Shown: one piece after another, positions 27,401-41,400 of the stretch
Layout: each line of letters begins with the position of its first letter
How positions within the stretch are numbered: the stretch's first letter is position 1
Source: Catajapyx aquilonaris
Lineage: Eukaryota
Length of the DNA stretch: 64,000 bases
NCBI GenBank assembly: GCA_000934665.2
Contig: KZ537991.1
Location: forward strand, 62,001 to 126,000
Reading direction: 5' to 3'
Made by a program: the position numbers and the translations under genes
Notes under the pieces: model-generated
Told to the model about the DNA's origin: nothing
The model's database searches: none
The model's input: only the letters and a program-made list of their open reading frames with translations

Positions 27401-30400
27401 ACCCTTCGCGTGGGCTCAATTACACCGACAGGTGAGCCACCAAACAATGCAAATTGAACCTGTTGAGCACCACCCCGTAACATTACAACGCCTCTAAAAA
27501 AATATTCGCAACGGTGTGAAAACCTTTCTGGATTTTTCCCCCCTCTCACAAGTTCTTTCTGGGTGTGTTCCCTGGTGCAATCCATTCCAGGGGGGGTCTA
27601 CTCCAGCAGAGAAGGTGTCAAATCCAGGGTCGTTAAAAGTGAGCCATGTGTGGGTCCTGGGTTAGTCAACTCTCCAAAAAAGCTTGAAACATACACGCTT
27701 GCCTCTCTTTTGCTGGGTTAGAAATTGTAGCTCCCTTTCTCTTAATTGCTTTTGGAGGGCCTTCTACGGCCTGTTGGATATCGATTCGCTGTAAACAATA
27801 TTAACACCGCTAATTTTGTACAGGTTGCGCACACACAAAAATTGGTTTGGTGTTAATTTGAATGCAGGAAGTCCCCAAAAAACAAGCCTTGAACATGACA
27901 AACAGAGTTGCGCTAATTTCAAATGCATTTGTAAACACATTTTGCTCAAGAAAATGTACGTATAATGAACGTTTCAAAATTGCTTGTTCAATAATAATTA
28001 AACGTAACCTTGAAATTTATAGTCCAAAATATCGTCTACGAGAAATTTTGAAAAATGGTAATGGGGCTGAATAATACCACCAGTTTTTTTATATGCAACT
28101 TTTTTTTCGCAGTGAAATTCAAAAATTCCGCACCAAATATGCCACACTGGGCATTAACCACAGTCTTTCAACGTGAAACTATAGGAGAAAAATATGCGAA
28201 GTTCACGTGCCAGGTGTGACCCATTGGCTAAAAAGTGTGTTGCCATATTACAGAGTAACGAGAGAAAAATAATTGAAACCTAATAATATTCAGACTGCTT
28301 TTGATTGTACAGAGAAAACTTACATCTCTAAAACGTCTCGTCCTAAATTACGTGGTCAACCTGGTGGTAAAATATTGCCGTTGAGTACAAGCAACAACAT
28401 GGTCGTGGCTGCACATGGGATTACTGGTCCGAAACGAATTAACGAGCAAAAATTACACATTTTTTTTTTGTTCCAATTGAGCCCACGCTCTGCAAGCACA
28501 TACTTGCTCACTGTACACATCCCCCTCTCGAATGCCATTTTTATTTTGTGTGTTGCAGCACAATGCATTGTACAGTCATGCGTTCATCAAACTCCAAGCG
28601 CTTTACAGTGCATGTAACTGAATTTGGCGCCGACAGAAACCATTTACTGCGAGGGCTCCAGTACAACCCATTTCGACTATAAAAAAAACCTGGTCAAATA
28701 GTGTGTTCATAGCTCCCTGGTGCAGTGATGTTGATCTGATTTAAATTCTGCGCCTCATTTTAAATGTCTGATCCCCTATGCTTGGACGGGAAATCCAATT
28801 GAAAGCCCATTTCCCTGATCCTCCAAGAACGTGCCTGTACAGCTTCTCCCACTTCGATTCTCTAATTTAGCTGGCTCAAATCAAAGAGGGGGGGAGAGAA
28901 AGGGAAGGGAGGGAGTGGAGGCAAAAGCGTCCAAGAGAGTGACACCCAAGAGGAGAGAAGTGACAGCTCGGGCGCTTCTAATCGGACTTTCCATTTCCAA
29001 ATCCGCCCTTAAGACAAACGACAATCAGGGAAGAGAGCTTACACTGCAAACGCTTAACAAGGCGACCCCCATCTTTTCACTGTCAGAATTTTGTTTGTTA
29101 AGAAAAAATGAGGCAAATGAGCAGACTCTCATAGATGGCGCAACTTACCTCTGCACTATTCTGCTACTCAAGCGAGGGGCTGTGGTACTATCAGATTGGA
29201 CAAACAACAGACGGAAAGACAGAGTCAATTAGTAATATGATGAGCCCCTAGGGGGTTGAGCATATGCTTCATATCGACAGGGTGAGGAGAAGGAATGATT
29301 TTTTTTTTTTTTTGTAACTGTTGGCTCCATCTGGAAAAAGGCTTGCTCTCGTCCGCCATTTGCCTGTGGATGGTGCAATCCAGAAGCAGTGGAGAGCTAG
29401 GGGAGATCAGTGGCGGGCCCTAACTGAAAGGGAAAATCCCGCGCCTTTACTGCTCTGTAATGGCCGCTTTGTGAGTTGCAGCAGACAAGACGCCTCCTCG
29501 TTGCCACGGGAAGCGGCATCCCAAAGGTGCAATAAAGCTCAATTCCACATTTTTCCCCCCTTCCCTCTTCTCTTCTCTCCATCTCTCTCTTCGAATCCGG
29601 AGAATAAATGATTCAAAGCCAACCAGCAAGTCAAACCCAAGATGAAGGTGATAAAGGCAAGGCGGGCAAGGCCTTCCTCCCCTAGCCTTAATCAAGAACA
29701 ACAAGTGCTTTGTTCCAAGAACATGGCTAAATAATACATGTTCACAAATTTCTCCCCCTCCCTCCATTTCCCAAACAATACCGGATGAGTGGCTATTCCC
29801 TTTCATGTCTGCAATTTTCACACCTCTCAAAATTTCTTTGCCCCACCTCCCCCCCAAGCTCTCCTATGAACAGTGAAATAATTTATTTTGAAAAAATGTA
29901 AAAAGAGGGGAAAAAGTCTGAGACACTGCACCAAAATTGAAGAAAATAGAACGAACCATTTTTGCTCACTGTTCAAAAAAAAATAGCAGTGATCAGCTTA
30001 TAGAGATCAGTGTATGAAATGCTGTACGTCTCAGTGTTACTTTGTGTGTACAGTGTACATAAAAGGTACGGTTGCTATGGATCGGTTGGTACGCATAAAA
30101 AAATGCAAACTGGATCATCGACGTGCCTCCTGCACAGCAAGCCTAATTAATTCCCTGTCACCTGAATCGCGTGCCTGACGAGCAACTTTTTTGGGAGGGG
30201 TGGTGCAGGCTTATGATGTAAAATTTAGCATCTCATTAGCCTGCACTCGTTTCCAGCTAAGTTGAAAACTTGCTTGCTGAATTTAACGTTGCGAGGCCTC
30301 CCCTGCCCTTTTGCAAAAACAAAAAAAAAGTCTTCCTCCCCCCTCAACCCCACCCCTTTTCCCCCAGCAATCCGGCCTACTGTGGGACTGCTCACTCGGT

Positions 30401-31333
30401 CGTTATTTATGGATGTCCTCAGGATGGAATTTAATATTGTCCGTATTCACTTTCCGGGTGGGGAGGCTTCTCTGGCCGGAATGGCCCTGGATGCAAGCAG
30501 GACATCTAATTATTCTCTCCTTGAGGAAGAGGCCCCAGTTTCTCCTTGCCAATATAATCTCTCTGCCATCCTCCCTCGTTCAATCTACCTAATTCGGCCT
30601 CAAAGTTCGAGAACTTCTCTGCGATGTGACCACTGGCAAAATGCGATAGAAATCAAGCTCTTTCCGCGTGGGAGGAATGAGCAGCAGCAAGGAAGAAAAA
30701 AAAAGAAGTAGAAGAAAAAGGCCTTCTCCCAATGAAGCTCCGGGTCCACCATCAACAGTAATGTCGTCGTTACTACCCCGGCGCTTGGGCCAAGCTCAAC
30801 TTCGCCCCTACAGTTTCACACTAATCCGAGTCAACTTGGAGCAAACTTTTCCCTTGGATTCATCAGGGTTAAAAAGGAAGAAGCCTGAGTGGGTAGAAGG
30901 TAAAAGGCAGAGGAGAGGTGAGGTTCTGGCTTGGGCTTCCTACTAGACTGTTGGGTGGGATGGGGAAAAAAATCGAGAAGCCGAGAAAATTCGGGTGGGG
31001 TGGAATGGGCCCCCAATTCCCTCCTGATGTGACCCATGGGAAGGTACATTACCAGTTTGCCCACTTAGGCTAATAGCGATCCCCTCCTAGCTCTCTAGGA
31101 TATAAAAAAAGAGGGAGGGAAAAGTTGGTGGATGAACCTGTGGCTTTTCTGACAAGCTGACAAATGCGGGTCAATTTTGACGCCTTGATGGCCAACGAGC
31201 CAGCGCAGGTGTTCTGGCTAGTGGCCAGGAGTAAAGCTGTATACTCTATAGTGTGGGCTTTGCAGCTAGATTACCCTCATTTATGTCCATTAACAGAAAA
31301 GAAGTAGCGTCATGCCATATTCTGCAATATCAA

Positions 31334-31850
31334 TCTCCCATAGTACAGTGCTGGACAAATTAGCCGTCGCTGAATGTATTTTTCCGGCGGCGGCGGAGGC
31401 GGAGTTACCTGGCAACCCCGTCCGGCGGGTCAATTCAAACATCAGCCCATGGAGAGCGCTTCCATTGTTGCCACTGTTTACAAATCGAGTGAGCGACCCC
31501 AAAATGACTTATTGCTTCTAACATCATTATTTTCCCCGTTTTCTCCTGCGTATCCCTGCAGATACTGTGTAAGCAGGCAGAAGAGACCCGTCGCTGCGTC
31601 TTCCGCGTCACTCACTCGATTTGTAAACAGTGGCAACAATGGAAGCGCTCTCCATGGGCTGATGTTTGAATTGGCCCGCCGGACGGGGTTGCCAGGTAAC
31701 GCGGCCGCCTTCGCCGCCGAAAAAAAACATTCAGCGACGGCTAATTTGTCCAGCACTGTATAAATGGGAAAGTTTGTTGATACGTATGTTTGTCCGGATC
31801 ACCTAACCCACTTCCGGACTACTAAGAGTGCTGAAACTTGGAATTATGTA
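31334..31850 (+). mobile_element. Possible Helitron-like 5' end interrupted by the MITE
   Basis: Removing the MITE gives A|TCTCCCATAGTATAAATGGGAAAGTTTGTTGATACGTATGTTTGTCCGG...CTGAAACTTGG, which resembles non-autonomous invertebrate Helitron 5' ends (TC start, GTTT-type repeats). A related copy lies at 31971-32009. No clear downstream hairpin+CTAG end. Confidence 0.35.
31346..31758. mobile_element. Tc1/mariner-type MITE, 413 bp, long TIRs
   Basis: TA|CAGTGCTGGACAAATTAGCCG...CGGCTAATTTGTCCAGCACTG|TA. Arms of ~152 bp (31346-31497 and 31607-31758) have few mismatches around a 109-bp spacer. TA target duplication at 31344-31345 and 31759-31760. Confidence 0.9.
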
Positions 31851-32391
31851 CCGCGTAGCGCTTATTAAGGGAAATGTCCGAAAATCTCACTATTTGAACG
31901 GTTGGTTTCTCATCTGGGGCGATTGTTACGCATACCACAGATGGCTCCCCTGCCTCCCCTCTCCACATTGCCTACATATATGAGGGAAAGTTTGTTCGTT
32001 TGTTTGTCCATGGCAACGTGTTACCATGGCATCAAAAAAAACAACGATTGATTGTTGTTGATTAACATTACCATGAAAACAGGGCGTGCGAAGAACCGCT
32101 GCCAGAACATTGTAAAGCACCACCTAATTTGGCATCCTTGTTTTCTGTAATTAACCGAAGGGTGATCCGCCTCAGGCACAATTTGCATTATGAACCGGCG
32201 CTATTAAAAAATTGGGTAACTTAATGTCAGCCAAAAGAATGCAATCCCCTCGCAACAACCAAAGCAGTGCTGGAACCACTCCAGAAAATTTAATACGGGA
32301 GGCTGATCACGTTAGAGTACAAAAAAAAGAAAAAAAGGAGGGGTTGGTAGCCTACATGGGAGGGGTGGGCCAATATCGAAAGTGAATTAGA

Positions 32392-32413
32392 AGGGGGGGG
32401 GGGGGGGGGGNGG
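32392..32413 (+). repeat. Poly-G tract (one of several: 799-811, 1651-1678, 4503-4520, 47946-47956)
   Basis: Long G runs, often containing or abutting N calls. Confidence 0.9.
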
Positions 32414-35400
32414 ATGAATCAGTCGGCGTTGAATGGAATAATTTCCAGACGAGGTCCAGTCATTAAGAATATCGTTGCTGAGCCGTGGTCGATTCGGCTT
32501 ATCCCCCCCCCCCTCTTCTTATAATATATAGAAATAAAACCCTCTCCAACCCCTCTTTCCCTGTGAAAACTGGAACTAAATCCGGACTTGTCTCCGGGCC
32601 CTCCAATCGCAGCGAGCGAGTGTTTTACGGCTCTATATAAGTTTGTTCATTATTGTTAGAGCGCAGAACTCCACAGCGCTAAAAGGTGTTTCCAGCTACT
32701 GTTATTGCTGCTGAAAGGATATATTAAGAGGAGAAATTGCCTTCATTTTTGTTGTAAAGGAGCGTAAAAGTGCTCTTCTCGATTTCGTGCCAGTTAATCG
32801 CGGATCCGGTTATGGCCTGCAATTGTCCGGATCTGCAGGCATTGGGGCTTGGCTATAAAACAAGGTATAAACCATGCTAAATACATGCCGGATCAAAATA
32901 AAAAATAATAATAAAAACTGACACGCGCTCCGACATTATTTAAAAAAACCCAACTTATTTTTTAAACATGAGCTGTGGTATTGACATGTCCGTGCTAATT
33001 ATACTTTCGCAGTAAATAGTTGCAAGTTTTGATAAACATAAAACCAAACAACCAGTTGTTTGTGGTATGGCCTCAGTTTATAAATGCAAAATTACTGCTC
33101 GTAAATCCAGCGAATATTTTTGCAAACAAATTGTTTACAGCAACTAACAGTCACAGGTTTCTTCTATTTTAGTCAGTACTTGCGAATTTGCATTTATTCA
33201 CATTGATGGCTTCCAATAACGACACTTTCCGCACACAATTCAGCAGTGGAAACCTGTGCATTAATCAGAACATTGGATCCCCAAACCCTCCCAAAAATCG
33301 TAAATACCGATTCGAGTGTCTCCTTCCGGACGTTGCGGTGTTATAGAGACCAACCCCACTGGATGATACGGACCGAAACTGATCGGAGCAATTTGAATAC
33401 TTCAATCCGACCAATCCGATCATGTTTCAAACCTCGGTGGGCCGTATCCCGAAGCATCCGTCACTTTCGCCCCAAGAATTTCCACCAATTTTATATGGCT
33501 AATCTCTCCGATAAGCAGCCCTGTGCTCGAGTATTTGTTCCAGGAGTTGGTGGGATAGAGACTGAGATCCAATTTATGACTCCCCTTGTGTTTTACAACT
33601 GGCGTGGTCACGATTTAACGTCCCCTAGTGATCAGCCCTGGTATATCTGCAGGGCTAGAAGTTTCCAACTCCATATATAGGTTGTGTTTCCGCAGCAAAC
33701 GACCATGCTGCTGGTTACAATGATTTTATTCTTCTGCTGAAAATCATTATTATAAGGAATGATCTGTTCATTTTATGCAACACCACCTTGCACTATAGGT
33801 TTTTATACAAATCTGGTGTCTGGAGAGGGAAGATTGCCAGCTGGAATAATTCGGCTTCGTGACACCCTTTCCTTCTTTATCGCCGACCCCAGAGGTCACG
33901 GCGTGTCAGCGCGTGCAAATGGTTCGACTTGTTGAAAAAGGTGTCCTTTGACCCCCCTTCAGTTTGTTTCAGTGCATCCCCATTAGGTTTCGTCTCCACG
34001 TGTCGTCGTCTTCCCCCTCCCACCCAACTTATGTTTGAAGTCTCTTTATTGGGCAACCCTGGAGTCCTTTTTTTCCCAGGGTTTTGTGAGATTTGCTCTC
34101 TCTCCCGGTGGCACTTTCTCCCTACCGAAGAAACTGTAGGTAATCAGACTAGTGCCGACGGACCGAAGGGGGTCCAATATCCGCTGATTGACTTAAGTCA
34201 AATCCTGTGTGCCCTCTGACGCCAACCGGGCCCCAGGGAGGATGCAAAGGTCCAAAATGGGGCTGAATTTCAAGTCCAATCCGATTTTTCCCCGCCTCTC
34301 TATACGAAAATTCCTTCCTTTTCCTTCTTCTTCCAAAGGTGGCCTATCTTACAAGCAAACGGAAAGCTGCAGTAGGAAAAGGGAGGTGGTAAGAGAAGGA
34401 ATGACTGATGTCTTGTTTACTCTAACATCACGATCCCTTTAATCCGGAGGGGGAAGGAAAGCGGGGGGAGTGATGATGCGAAGGATTTTTCTTCCTTCCA
34501 GGAAATTTTTTGGTAGGGAGGAAAAGACCGGGAGCATTTTCTCCCTGATTGAGATTATGCATCAAGGGTATACAGGGAGGGTGGCGAAGTTTGCCTCATT
34601 CGGAGTTATGGCCCTTAGGCTTCCGTGATACCCAACGCTGTTTGCTTATTTTAATTTTTTTCCTCTTACTTCATCCTCACCCCCCTCCAGCACCATTCAC
34701 CTTCATCGGTGTTTGGTCCCGTTTTTCCCATTTCCAGTTTAACCCCGGAGCTATTTTCGAGGAATTTTTTTAACGGTTTAAGTGACAGGGTGAGAAGTAA
34801 TCGTTACCTCAATATGGCATCAACAGGTTACACATTTCAGATAAGACAAGAAATGTTTCAGACACTTTCTGCAATCACTCTATGGCTATAGTAAAAAACG
34901 CATTTTTTCAAAACTGCAAAAATTTAAAACTTACAGGTAATACAATGTAATGCTACAGAAAATGTGCAACCTTACATATATATAAACGTGAATTATTAGC
35001 TAATTTTTAAAACAACTGTTGGCAGTTGGCACTGTAGGGAATTTACGGGATTTAAAAAAAAAACATTATTTGTGCATTGGGTTCGCTGCACATCACGGTT
35101 AAACTTATCTAGATTAGTGTATGTGAACAATGCATGCACCTGCTATGTAAAAGTGGGACAACCCAACAGAGTAGAAAATTGTGTTAGGCTGTTACTGCCG
35201 GTTACTGCACTGGGTTACGCCAACAAAGATTGCAAAATTTATGCCTAAGCACCTGCGTCTGTTCAATTAATTACACCAGCGTTTTTTTGGAGCAAATTCA
35301 CCAAATACATCTTGAATAATCGAAGAGATCGAAAGAAAAAAATGCCTAAGTCAATAGGTATTGATTTTGAACTCTTCAATTATCAACATCAGAACGTTTG

Positions 35401-38400
35401 AACTATGCGGTACGTTTTTTCCTTATTTATGAAGATATCAATTGTGGCTATACTAAACTAATATCAGCTACATGTGGTGTTGTCCCCCCGAATTTAGTGT
35501 AGCTAAGGCGCGACACTTAAAAAATGACCCACATTTACTTCTGAGATACTTTTGCGTAATGGCTATAAATGCATTAATTTTCATTCATGTTTTAGTCTTT
35601 TTTATCAGACGTAAACCTCATCCAATTTTATTTTTGACTTTTTCCACAACTGTTTTGACTCCAAGACGCCATGCCCACTTGATTTCTTTGAGGCTAGAGA
35701 GAGAGGGAAAAAAGCAAAATACGACCCTCCCATACGGTTCGTCCCATGCAAAACCCTTGATTAACTCCCACAGTTGGGCATACAGAGAGCTAATTATAGC
35801 CTGGCCCCAACCCCCTGACAAAATGAGGGTTTGGCACTAGGAGAGTATCCCACACACGCAACCGGTAATTATACCAAATAACCATGTTTCACGTCAGCTC
35901 GCAAAGGGAGTAGTACTAAGGCGCCTTTTGCCTCCAAGCACATGCTGCTTCAAGACATTTATAACATAAGCTGGGTGCTGCCGGGTGTAGTATGTATCGG
36001 AAACCGATGCGAGTGAATCAAATGATCAAGACCGCGGATGGGTTTTCTTCCTTTCGGAACGAGAAAATGTCACCTTCCGACTCAGGGAGCCCCAGCAGCC
36101 AGGGCCCTTCGGTCGATTTCAGACGGCTTCGGCCCAATAAAGACCTTCCATCTACTCTACGTGAGGAAGAATACTTCCTGAGTGGTTTCCGAGTGACACG
36201 ACTGAATTTAGCAACACCTCCCAACCGATCGAGAAACGTCACAACCTGACCACACACTCGTCCTTTCCGATATAAAAAAAGGAGAAATCCGATAGAATAT
36301 AAAGAACAGTATCAAAAAAAAAAACTCCATTTACTTCTCGATTCTGCAGTGAATGAAAAGGATCATCATCTAGCGGTGACTACGTCTAATGCAGATGCTG
36401 GGCTCGTGGAAGAGATTTTGGGTTTTTTTTCTTCTCCCAGCCTCATTCGCCCTGGTATATGGAAGCCTTTCTCTCTCTCTCCTTCCTTCTTTCCGATAAT
36501 TGCCAACAAATCAATGTCAAAGTGGGTTATAAGTTCCTTTCAGTCGGCAAAAGTCGATGAACACTTCATCAAAGTTGCTCAAGATCAGTCAGAGGGCTTT
36601 AAAAAAAGTGTCCGTCCAACTTGAGTTGGCTGCCAAAAGTATTAGGCTGCCGCCGAGCTTAATTACGGTACTTTAAACTTGATCCTAGGTTAGTGCTCAC
36701 AATTTTTATATGCGATGGAAGTTAAATGTACGTCTGGTATTAAAATACGTAAATAATGTTCAAATATGAATTACTACTAATTATACAAATTCATAAACAG
36801 ACGCAGAAAAACATGAGGTGGAATTATCGTTGCACTGCTAGTTACTGCGAACTTAGCAGTACCAATGCATTTTTGTGAACCGCTTTGTGAAATTTTTGTG
36901 CGTTTTGTAGTTGAATGTTGAATAAATTCAGGACTGAATCAGGTAACCTGGTAAGGTAGCAGTAACTAGTAGTGCTACTAAATTTCCACCCATAATTTTT
37001 AGGAGAATAATTTTGATTTTTCATGATGTGAATGATACTATACAATGCGACACAATTCCCTATTGTGCAACATCCCTAATAACGCTGTCCATTAACCTCC
37101 AACTTTCTTCAAAAGTTGGGCGCGTTACGTCCGTAACGCCAACTAACCCAACCGGTGTAGACGGCCTTATCGCGGGTGTCTGAAGGGACCCAAAATACGC
37201 ATCTCATTCCAAGCTGATGCCATCTAAACGGCAGGTTTTAGTCACGTCCCTGTGGATAAGGTCAGTGCCTCATTCCCCCCTTTTCATCATCAGACTTTTT
37301 GACAAGATCACTGACCTTGGAGACAGAAACCCACGCCATCGACTAACACGGCGTCCTCACCAGACGGCAGCACATACCAACCATGGCGTCCTGGTGGTGT
37401 GGTGGGGTTCGATCCAAAAGACGACGAGGCATCACTGCACATCCTCTTTCCCTTTTCCACAAACCTCTCTTCTCTTCCTCCTCCGAAAACTGTGATGTAT
37501 GGCCACGTCAGAATGATTTAGCATCCGGGTGTTGGCCGCTGGAAACATGCATGTTCAGCGCTGACCGTGTCGTCTCTGGGAAGCTCATGATTTACACCTT
37601 GAGACCGCCCGATGCGGGGAGCATTCGGAGGAAAAGCCGCGGGGATCATCTCGGGAGAAAAGGACGAGACACGCCTTTTGTGCTCAGACCCAAATCATCT
37701 GGGCCACCCCCATGGATGGGGCCAGGGTGGTATTGGAGCAGAGAGAAGGGTATAGTATAGGGATAAGCGAAAAAAAATATTCGGTGGTACACTCTGCCAA
37801 TTTGTCATGTAGGCTCGAGCTTCAGGTTGGATAAAAGAAGGAAGAGGTTGAAAAAAAGACGGGGGCGTGTACCGGCGATAATGCTGGTTGCGTTCGACAC
37901 GAACGATTCTTGGGACTTATTAACAAGGTGGGGTCTCTATTGTGTGCCTTGAGCTGTCAGGGTTCGCAACATGTCAATAGTTGACTCACTGGCATTTCGC
38001 ACGGATCTTGCTTGTAGTCGGTTCACGAACCGGTACAATGTCGCACAGAACCCCTTTGAAATACCGCCCATGTCAACTGGTTGAGACGTCAAGTATAGTG
38101 AACACGATGATGGAAATCACTCAGCGGAAATGTTTGATCCTTACCTTGGCGCATATCTATAGTTCAAATCTGAAGTACGTGTAATCCAAATCATAATAAT
38201 GTAGGCATTAGTGTACTTTTAATGAGAAGCTCATTAAAATGTACAATCGTGCATTACAGAGGATGATCCGGTTCTCAAGGTACCACATAAAAAGTTATTG
38301 CCGGAATTACTAACTATACTCGCCCATTAATAACTTGTGTGAATGCCCCTTCAGGTGATCACCAGTTAGTTGAAATTAATCATTTTTTTTACATGCAGTG

Positions 38401-41400
38401 CACAGGTGTCTTTACTGCTGATCTACTGCTTTAAATATTATGCTAGTTCAAATCGACAGTACATGCACACGAAACAGTACATTGCATACCCGCTCGGTGA
38501 TAAAACCATGACAAAAAAATGAACAACAATGCAGGCCTTGATTGCCAACAGTGCCCATTGTTATTACGCTCAACTCCAACATCGCACATGCACACATTTA
38601 CAGCAGCGCATTGCCGCTTAATACCCGCTGTACTCTGCACACTCACTTAGTGAATATTTTATCACCCCCAACTGTACACATCATACTTGAACAGCATTTT
38701 GCTTTTTTTTTTTTTTTTTTGTAAAAGCATTTACTGCCCGGCCATGTTCGAAAGTCGTTGACCACCAGCCCCGCTCCGACCCACCCCAGCAAAATTTCAA
38801 CCCTCACAAGGTGCCAAAAAACCGACAAACAGCATTCGTTACTATTTGACAATTAAACCCGGCCGGCCCCTAAATTACACGCAAATAATTTGGTCCGCAA
38901 TAACGCCGGACCACGCACACATTACACTCGTGCCAACCCCCTTTTCCCCATAACTCAGCACACCGAGGGTTACCAAAAATGGCTGCCAACCGGCGTTGCA
39001 TGTCAAATTTGCAGTGGTCCATATAAACCACGCTTCCAAAAAAAAAATGCAAAAAAAATTGGGGTGGTAGGGGGGGGGGGGAGTCCTAGGAATACAACAG
39101 GCCCAAAATTAAATCCCAATTAATGGCGTAACGAGGAAACTGTTGTGTGCGGACTTAGTCCCTAAGGGACGCCAGATTTACCGATATAGCCATAATTCAT
39201 TGTCAATGATGAGGTTATGCCTCGATTATATAATCGATTTCTGTGGGAGGCGGAAGGCAAGGGTGGGTGGTAAATATCGAAGGACGGATAATACCACAGG
39301 TGCCAGCGGCGCTTTTTGATATCAGATAGCCCCAAGCTGAATCATTACCGGGGCCCCTTTAAAAACTACTCCGATTTCAGAAACCCGGAACTTGCAAAAA
39401 CATTTTTTCGAGGAGGGGAAAAAAACTCCCCTTGAAGAATGAAATTCCGTTTTGTACATCGCGAATAATGCTTGCAACACAACAGATTGCAAGAAAGTTT
39501 TGAAGGATGTAAGAGGTTGAATGTAGGTCGACGCCGATTGTTGGGAAGAGAGGTATATTACAAACCTATATATATGGCGCTAAGGAAATTGAAAACATTG
39601 GCAAGGCTCGCAAAGGATCCGTTTTCTGACGGGAGGTTTCGCAGCCACCCCACAAGATAGGAGGTGGTGCCAGAATTAATGAATCTTGCTCCCAACTTTG
39701 GCAGAAAATAGGGAACTTTGTACCCCCGACGACTTTTGCAGGTGTGCTGACTCCAAAAAAAGGGGCTTGAAATGGAAAAAGTTGATAACCCACTAAAAAA
39801 ATCCGAACAAGTCGAAATGGAGGTTTATTATAGCCGTAAAATCCATCTTAATGATTTCCTTGTTAATGCCACTAATATTCTAGTGCAATTCAATATATGA
39901 ATTACTCTCAGGGTGTGTATCGAAATCCTTTACACCGATTTGATCATGATTTTTTCCTGTAAAGAAACAGTGGTTTCTTTTCCCCTGCAGGTTTTCCCAA
40001 TCGGAGCAACTGCCATGGAAATGATCACCCGCGATATCCGGGGCTTTCCCGATTCGGATGAAGCCAATTATGGATATTAAACCCGCATTAATAGAAACGG
40101 TGTGGGTGTAAGGGAAAAGCTCTCTCTCTCTCTCTCAACCCGGTGGCGCCTGCTGCCGAGCTTTTACTTCCGCCTTTCCCCCCCTATATAGAACCAACCC
40201 ACTCTTGAAATGGCCAGTTTTCAAAATGCAGGCCCAGCTGCTGGACTCTCTACAAACTTCGGGCCGTGTACGGCGCCATACCGGCGCCACGTCATCTGGA
40301 TCTTATTACCTGGCCCATGACAAATCCCGCCTACTCTCCTGCCAAATTAGACGCTCATTATTTACTAATTGTTTTCTCCTTCCAAGGTTTTTTTCACAAA
40401 ATGGCCTTCTGCAATTAGAGAGTGTGCGAAAAGAGCCAGGTGGGGGCCAGGTCTTCAGAAGTGACCAACATGGGAATGGGTGCATGTGGTTTGTGTTGAT
40501 GCTGAGAGGCATTTTGTTTCATCCATGGAGGGGGGGAGAGTTGAGTGGAAGGGAAGCGTCAAAGAGGATTTGAAGAGAGGGATCGGCGCGTCCTGTATCG
40601 CGTCATAGAGCCATAGAAGCGAATGACACGAGCCGCTGCGTCCATAATCAAGATGGAAATTCCTTTCCTCTGCCAACCAGGGGGGGAGGGAACGGCCTAC
40701 GGGTCCTTTTGTAGGCTTCTGCACGAATCACTGGCTTCTCATTACCCCCCCTCAATATTTGTGTGTATATTTCGCTCCCAGGCTTCTTTTGAGTGAGTCA
40801 CTTTCAGGGAGCTAAAACTACTGTGCTTAATTGATTTCTGCAACAGGAAAAGCGCCAGCCACAAAATTGCGCAGGTTTAAAATATAACCTAATCCAATGA
40901 GGCCATTTTGCAACAGCTTAGTTCTTTGCAATTATTTCTCATCCCCCCCCCCCTACCCCCAATGATATAAATTAATTACATCAACTGTTTCCGACCCCCC
41001 CTTCTCTATTCAAAACGATAATTGACGGCCCACTTTTGAACACTACACACATTGTATGGTGTGCGTAGCGTGCAGCATTTATCAACGTCACAAGTATTCA
41101 GTCCCCATGTTTGGGTGTGGCCTCCATTCCACACTTCCGTTTGTTTACTCATCGCGGCCCATACCTAGAAACGCTTTTAAAACGCCAACATATCGACCAA
41201 TGTGTGTGCCAGATACCAAAAACACACGATTCTATACATTGATGCAATGTTTGTGATATATGAGATATGTTCCTATGGGGTATATTTTGTCCATTATATG
41301 CAGGGAAGTAGGATCATCGGACTTGTATATAAAAAAGACTGCCATGGCCAGGCTGACAAGTCTCTGCTGCTGGTGTGTGGTGCTGGTGGGGGGGGTACAT

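Noticed and set aside
31290..31763. Mirror-image ORFs with near-identical peptides
   Set aside because: Artefact of the MITE's inverted arms.
39991..40080. Strong acceptor followed by VFPIGATAMEMITRDIRGFPDSDEANYGY* as a terminal exon
   Set aside because: No homology; polypyrimidine-CAG sites are frequent here by chance (also ~9415 and ~25980).
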